DNA of 64,000 bases from Podarcis melisellensis (taxonomy: Eukaryota). The DNA lies in assembly GCA_964234715.1 (NCBI GenBank), contig OZ174283.1. One strand, given 5' to 3'. Positions 60,734 through 64,000 of this stretch are shown piece by piece; positions within the stretch are counted from its first letter, which is position 1; each line of letters starts with the position of its first letter. Made by a program: the position numbers and the translations under genes. The notes under the pieces were generated by a model. It saw only the letters and a program-made list of their open reading frames with translations, was not told the DNA's origin and ran no database searches.

Positions 60734-63563
60734 TCCTACCATATTTTTTAAGTTGCAGGCAGACAGCAAAAACAGAAGGTTCACTGAGCTCCTGCACTGC
60801 TGTGCAAGACTTGATGGGACACAACTTGTACAGATCTGAGCACAAGTTGTACAGATCTGAGCACAGAATGTAGTTTCGATTGGAGCAACAGGAAGCATTT
60901 TCTTACCACATTCAAACCTAGTTCCCAACATGGGTTAGGGACACTTAATAAAGCATAAGGGTTCAAAACAAAACTCTTAGACCGGACTGTAAACTGAAGC
61001 TAAGGGAAGCTGCAGATGTTTTGAGCATTCATTTTCTCTCCCAGCAATTGCTTTAATGGGTTGGAGCTCCTGGGAGACCATTTGACTTTTGCTCATGTCT
61101 ATGCCATTCCTCCCTGTCATGCTGACTGTGCAAAAGCTTAAAGCTGTCAACAACCTGCATTCGGTATTATTTCAAGTAAAGAAAAATAAAGTGACATCTG
61201 ATCTGTCAAGAGGAAGGTGGGGATTTTGTTCTGAAAAATAGAAAGCAAAAATGTTCTGTGCAGAATCAATAGTCAAATCAATATTGTGCCCTCCCACCAA
61301 AAGCTCAGCTTGGCCTGAACTCTTCCTCTCACTGCCCCCATCCCCCCCCCCCCGGTTACAGCAACCATCCATTAAAGTGAGTGAATGGAACTTACTTTGC
61401 CAGGACCACATCTTTGGTAAGTGTTTCTGAAGCAATACAGTAATGATTATTTTGCAGTATTGCATTTTAATAATTAAAATAAAGCACTGAGCATTATGCG
61501 CACCACTCTGTGGGAAATACTTCCCAGTAACCAGGGCCCTCAGAAAGCATAATTCACATTAGCAGAGAGATGCTTCCACAGAACAGAAGCCAATGGCGAT
61601 AGCATAAAGGTGACCCTGACTCATTCTCTCTCTTTCTAAGACAGAATCAACAACTAAGCTTTCAAAAGCATGCTTTTCGCCCCACAGAATTGCTTCTTTT
61701 CCAGTTCTTCCAATTAGAGAGAGAAGAACCTACTGCTCACAGTTACTGTCCACATCAGAATGGAAAACAATTTGCATAAAACAAGAGTGGGGGGTAAAAG
61801 ATGAGAATGAAATAGAAGACACACAGACTGCAACAGAAAACATGTAGGAGATTGTCACAGCAAAACCACTAACTAACAATCTACACCATACATTTAAAGC
61901 ACTCTTACACTGCTTTAACAGTCATGGCTTCCCCCAAAAGAATCCTGGGAACTGTTGAGGGTCCCCCATCAACATTGTGTCCTCTCTCTGGTGAGGCAAG
62001 GTCAAAGGAAGCTTAATCTATTTCACCAGCATGATTTGTTGTTGTTTTTCTCTTCAGAAGGGGATTCATGTGGTCCATCACTGGGGCACATAATACTGCT
62101 CTAATTTTCAAAATGCACAAGACACCAAATGACAAGAATTCCGCCAGGATCTGGGAGGGAGTGTAGGGGAAAGGAAGGAAATCATTAAGTAAAATTGGCA
62201 GGTCTTTCACCTTACTTTGTCAGTTTCATTAGAAACGATGATGATGATGATGTGACTTCAGTGGGCTTGGTGGGCAAATAATTCAGAAAGAAATCTATTC
62301 TCACACTGTCAGTAAGGAGGTCCATTAGGTCACGATGGAATTGCATCTGAAAAGAGTTACAGGGCAGTACGGGCCAGAACGCACTAGCTGGAGGGGTTGT
62401 GACATTTAAAGAGGGGGATGCATAACTTGAACAGTGATAAGATGAATTAACTTATGTGGGAAAAGATAATTAAACCACCTGAAAATGCACGTGTGATTTC
62501 AGCCTTAGATTTGCAAACTGCATCCTGAAGGCAGTAACAGCATTTGTAAAAGGTTTAAAACACACATTCTTTCACACCAGCCCTTAAATAAACGCTTTCC
62601 ACGTTACATCTAGAAAATATTATCCTGACTGAGTATCAGTTTGGAAACAACCCACTGCTATCCTGCAAAAGAACTTTCAAATCCAGAGGGGCCTGTTTTT
62701 TGTTTGCATACACATCAAATGTGGTTTACAGGAGAGAAAAGAGTCTTTATTGGACAAACACACAGCCTCTTCCGTTGTGCCTGCAACACTCCAAATAGAC
62801 GCCAGACCACACCAATAAGTTAAGATTTCCCATTTTTGACCAGCTCTTGTCTTTGAAAAAGTCTTTAATGACAGCCTCCTAGCAGATGAGACAATATTAA
62901 CTACTACACTTTGCACAATGGTACACATACAAATTTAAAAAGTGAACAAGCACCCCCCCTCCCAATGTTCCCTAGTTTTGAAAATTACGGGCAAATGCTC
63001 CAAAACATACTGTAATTTCTTCAGATGTTGAGAAGCCTAAACTCAAAAGATTTCCCCCCTATGTCTTTTGTCCTTCCCTTAAGTACAAAAAGTCCAATTT
63101 TGCACACCCTACATGAGGATTACTTCTGGACTTCACACAAGTCTATTCCAAATTGCAGCAAGGCCACTCACTTGACTTAAATTGGTACAGGAAAGACGAA
63201 GGACATTGCTTTAATCTATGAAGAGACACAGTTAAGCACTTTCCAGGGTTTTATGTGCAGGTTTCATAAAAATCCCAGATAGATAGATAGATAAGATTAG
63301 GTAACGCATTATCAGAGCCAGACTCACTAATGCCTCAAGAGCAAATGAAAAGAGTCATTGACTGACTATTAAAGTGTAACAAAATTACTGACAAGGAAAT
63401 GGTTGGATAGCAGAGCTATAATAATTAGCAATACTTTTAATCAAATATTTTATATCTCTCCATCTCAACAGTGGATAAACCAGTTCCCATCTCCTGTTCC
63501 CTGCAGTAACAGAGAGATTTTTATCCATGTTGCCAACAGAGACACATCTGCCTGAAGAACATA

Positions 63564-63805
63564 CAGTGGTACCTCAGGTTACATATGCTTCAGGTTACAT
63601 ACGCTTCAGGTTACAGACTCCGCTAACCCAGAAATAGTGCTTCAGGTTAAGAACTTTGCCTCAGGATGAGAACAGAAATCGTGCTCTGGCGGCGCAGCAG
63701 CAGCGGGAGGCCCCATTAGCTAAAGTGGTGCTTCAGGTTAAGAACAGTTTCAGGTTAAGAACGGACCTCCGGAACGAATTAAGTACTTAACCTGAGGTAC
63801 CACGG
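63564..63805. mobile_element. Tc1/mariner-type MITE (CAGTGGTACCTC family), TA TSD
   Basis: TA-CAGTGGTACCTCAGGTTA ... TAACCTGAGGTACCACGG-TA with repeated tcaggtta motifs. Confidence 0.92.
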
Positions 63806-64000
63806 TACACACATTCTTCTTGCCTCCTCCCCCTCCAATATCTGTTTTCTAACTTTTTCTACTGTCAAATAATGTTCAGAATACAAACAGAAATACAAAC
63901 CTTCCTGTTACTAAGCCATTTCTAAAGAAAAGGACCAGCAGAATAAGAGAGGCTACTATGTTGAAACACAAAGGTTTTTTAACAGCTTAGAGTGACTGGT

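Noticed and set aside
60820-60865. 21-bp tandem duplication (cacaa.ttgtacagatctgag x2)
   Set aside because: An ordinary slippage duplication in intergenic DNA.
42800-64000. Search for a downstream gene (e.g. DCTD, the neighbour in mammals)
   Set aside because: No ORF or spliceable exon with recognisable protein similarity was found on either strand.

Overview
Eukaryotic genomic DNA, most likely from a squamate and probably a lacertid lizard, judged from the Sauria-type SINEs. The window holds the 3' part of the teneurin-3 gene (TENM3, + strand) as 10 coding exons whose GT-AG boundaries and phases join into one frame. They run from a 21-nt NHL beta-propeller microexon at 150-170 (absent from the ORF track), through the NHL and YD/Rhs-repeat exons, to the terminal Tox-GHH/TCAP-3 exon (stop at 39105-39107). 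A probable ~3.6-kb 3' UTR follows (assembly gap 39810-39941, likely poly(A) signal at 42732), then ~21 kb of intergenic DNA with no recognisable gene. Introns and flank carry Sauria and other tRNA-derived SINEs, CR1 and L2 LINE fragments, a solo LTR, a Penelope-like palindrome, and many TA-flanked Tc1/mariner-type and 8-bp-TSD hAT-type MITEs, some nested. The most interesting signals are three. (1) The microexon with its apparent neuronal splicing code. (2) An in-frame stop overlapping AATAAA right at the 5' splice site that separates the Rhs core from the toxin-like tip. (3) A 52-bp hairpin present as exact flip/flop (reverse-complement) isomers in two tandem units inside a nested transposon. 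I see no evidence of a wholly new gene system. Repeat family names are from recall, not from a database search.
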